NCBI GenBank assembly: GCA_964016885.1
Contig: OZ024743.1
Span: 186,000,001-186,064,000 of the forward strand
Direction of reading: 5' to 3'
From: Eledone cirrhosa
Taxonomy: Eukaryota
Length of the DNA: 64,000 nt
In this document: positions 61,651 through 64,000 of the stretch, one piece after another
Layout of the letters: each line of letters opens with the position of its first letter
Position numbering within the stretch: the stretch's first letter is position 1
Translations under genes and position numbers: made by a program
Notes under the pieces: model-generated
What the model was told of the DNA's origin: nothing
Seen by the model: the letters and a program-made list of their open reading frames with translations, nothing else
Database searches by the model: none

Positions 61651-64000
61651 CAACAGTCTTATCCCACTACATTACTATCCTATAACAGTCTTATCCCACT
61701 ACATTACTATCCTACAACAGTCTTATCCCACTACATTACTATCCTATAACAGTCTTATCCCACTACGTTACTATCCTACAACAGTCTTATCCCACTACAA
61801 TTCTATCCTACAACAGTCTTATCCCACTACATTACTATCCTACAACAGTCTTATCCCACTACATTACTATTCTACTTAAGTCTTATCCCACTACATTACT
61901 ATCCTACAACAGTCTTATCCCACTACATTACTATCCTACAACAGTCTTATCCCACTACATTACTATTCTACTTAAGTCTTATCCCACTACATTACTATCC
62001 TACAACAGTCTTATCCCACTACATTACTATCCTACAACAGTCTTATCCCACTACATTACTATCCTACAACAGTCTTATCCCACTATATTACTATCCTACA
62101 ACAGTCTTATCCCACTACATTACTATCCTACAACAGTCTTATCCCACTACATTACTATCCTACAACAGTCTTATCCCACTACATTACTATCCTACAACAG
62201 TCTTATCCCACTACATTACTATCCTACAACAGTCTTATCCCACTACATTACTATTCTACAACAGTCTTATCCCACTACATTACTATCCTACAACAGTCTT
62301 ATCCGACTACATTACTATTCTACTTAAGTCTTATCCCACTACATTACTATCCTACAACAGTCTTATCCCACTACATTACTATCCTACAACAGTCTTATCC
62401 CACTACATTACTATCCTACAACAGTCTTATCCCACTACATTACTATCCTACAACAGTCTTATCCCACTACATTACTATCCTACAACAGTCTTATCCCACT
62501 ACATTACTATTCTACAACAGTCTTATCCCACTACATTACTATCCTACAACAGTCTTATCCGACTACATTACTATTCTACTTAAGTCTTATCCCACTACAT
62601 TACTATCCTACTTAAGTCTTATCCCACTACATTACTATCCTACAACAGTCTTATCCCACTACATTACTATCCTACAACAGTCTTATCCCACTACATTACT
62701 ATCCTACAACAGTCTTATCCCACTACATTACTATCCTACAACAGTCTTATCCCACTACATTACTATTCTACAACAGTCTTATCCCACTACATTACTATCC
62801 TACAACAGTCTTATCCCACTACATTACTATTCTACAACAGTCTTATCCCACTACATTACTATCCTACAACAGTCTTATCCCACTACATTACTATCCTACT
62901 TAAGTCTTATCCCACTACATTACTATTCTACTTAAGTCTTATTCCACTACATTACTATCCTACAACAGTCTTATCCGACTACATTACTATCCTACTTAAG
63001 TCTTATCCCACTACATTACTATCCTACTTAAGTCTTATCCCACTACATTACTATCCTACTTAAGTCTTATCCCACTACATTACTATTCTACTTAAGTCTT
63101 ATCCCACTACATTACTATCCTACAACAGTCTTATCCCACTACATTACTATCCTACAACAGTCTTATCCCACTACATTACTATCCTACAACAGTCTTATCC
63201 CACTACATTACTATCCTACTTAAGTCTTATCACACTACATTACTATCCGACAACAGTCTTATCCCACTACATTACTATTCTACTTAAGTCTTATCCCACT
63301 ACATTACTATTCTACTTAAGTCTTATCCCACTACATTACTATTCTACTTAAGTCTTATCCCACTACATTACTATCCTACTTAAGTCTTATCCCACTACAT
63401 TACTATACTACAACAGTCTTATCCCACTACATTACTATCCTACAACAGTCTTATCCCACTACATTACTATTCTACTTAAGTCTTATCCCACTACATTACT
63501 ATCCTACAACAGTCTTATCCCACTACATTACTATCCTACTTAAGTCTTATCCCACTACATTACTATTCTACTTAAGTCTTATCCCACTACATTACTATCC
63601 TACAACAGTCTTATCCCACTACATTACTATCCTACAACAGTCTTATCCCACTACATTACTATCCTACTTAAGTCTTATCCCACTACATTACTATCCTACT
63701 TAAGTCTTATCCCACTACATTACTATCCGACAACAGTCTTATCCCACTACATTACTATCCTACAACAGTCTTATCCCACTACATTACTATTCTACTTAAG
63801 TCTTATCCCACTACATTACTATCCTACAACAGTCTTATCCCACTACATTACTATCCTACAACAGTCTTATCCCACTACATTACTATTCTACTTAAGTCTT
63901 ATCCCACTACATTACTATCCTATAACAGTCTTATCCCACTACATTACTATCCTACAACAGTCTTATCCCACTACATTACTATCCTATAACAGTCTTATCC

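Larger units (their letters stand above)
1..64000. repeat. 32-bp tandem satellite array (~2,000 monomers), consensus TATYCTAC(AAC/TTA)AGTCTTATCCCACTACATTAC, single orientation, truncated at both window edges
   Basis: Positions 1-32 (TATCCTACAACAGTCTTATCCCACTACATTAC) repeat at 33, 65, 97 and onward to the end. Main monomer types differ only in the first 16 bp: TATCCTACAACAGTCT, TATTCTACTTAAGTCT, TATCCTACTTAAGTCT, and less often TATTCTACAACAGTCT. No non-repeat sequence was seen. Confidence 0.99.

Noticed and set aside
1-64000. CRISPR array (repeat length near 32 bp with a variable segment)
   Set aside because: There are no unique spacers: the variable part is a few bases with two recurring states, and monomers abut directly. 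No leader or cas genes are present.
1-64000. Telomerase-synthesised telomeric repeat
   Set aside because: No canonical motif such as TTAGGG or TTAGG is present, and rare variants and half-monomer slips are copied in multi-kb blocks, which indicates recombination-based amplification rather than templated addition.
1-64000. Great-ape 32-bp subterminal satellite (pCht/StSat)
   Set aside because: Only the unit length matches. As I recall that consensus, it does not resemble either strand of this monomer, but a database alignment would settle it.
1-64000. G-quadruplex or i-motif potential from the strand skew
   Set aside because: There is only one GGG and at most one GG per 32 bp on the minus strand, with long loops, which does not fit a canonical G4 pattern.

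Overview
The whole 64 kb window is one uninterrupted, head-to-tail tandem satellite array of a 32-bp monomer (about 2,000 copies). The + strand consensus is TAT(C/T)CTAC(AAC/TTA)AGTCT-TATCCCACTACATTAC. I see no unique sequence, gene, RNA gene, transposon, CRISPR spacer or inversion, and the array runs off both edges. The monomer is a dimer of two related 16-mers (11/16 identical): one half is dimorphic (AACA versus palindromic TTAA, with a linked C/T) and the other is nearly invariant. Rare variant monomers reveal nested kb-scale tandem duplications (offsets of about 2112, 4928, 5983-6077, 3200, 6703, 3584, 2800, 2256, 4320 and 1280 bp), long-range block copies (about 20.6, 14.5 and 19.1 kb apart), a more diverged domain at about 52.8-61.6 kb, and seven exact 16-bp half-monomer slips. 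A cluster of small indels at 6.0-9.9 kb looks like sequencing or consensus error. All listed ORFs are by-products of the repeat. It resembles eukaryotic satellite DNA (centromeric, pericentromeric or subtelomeric), but organism, family and function cannot be determined from this window, and I found no new gene system. All offsets were read by eye from marker variants, so block boundaries are approximate.
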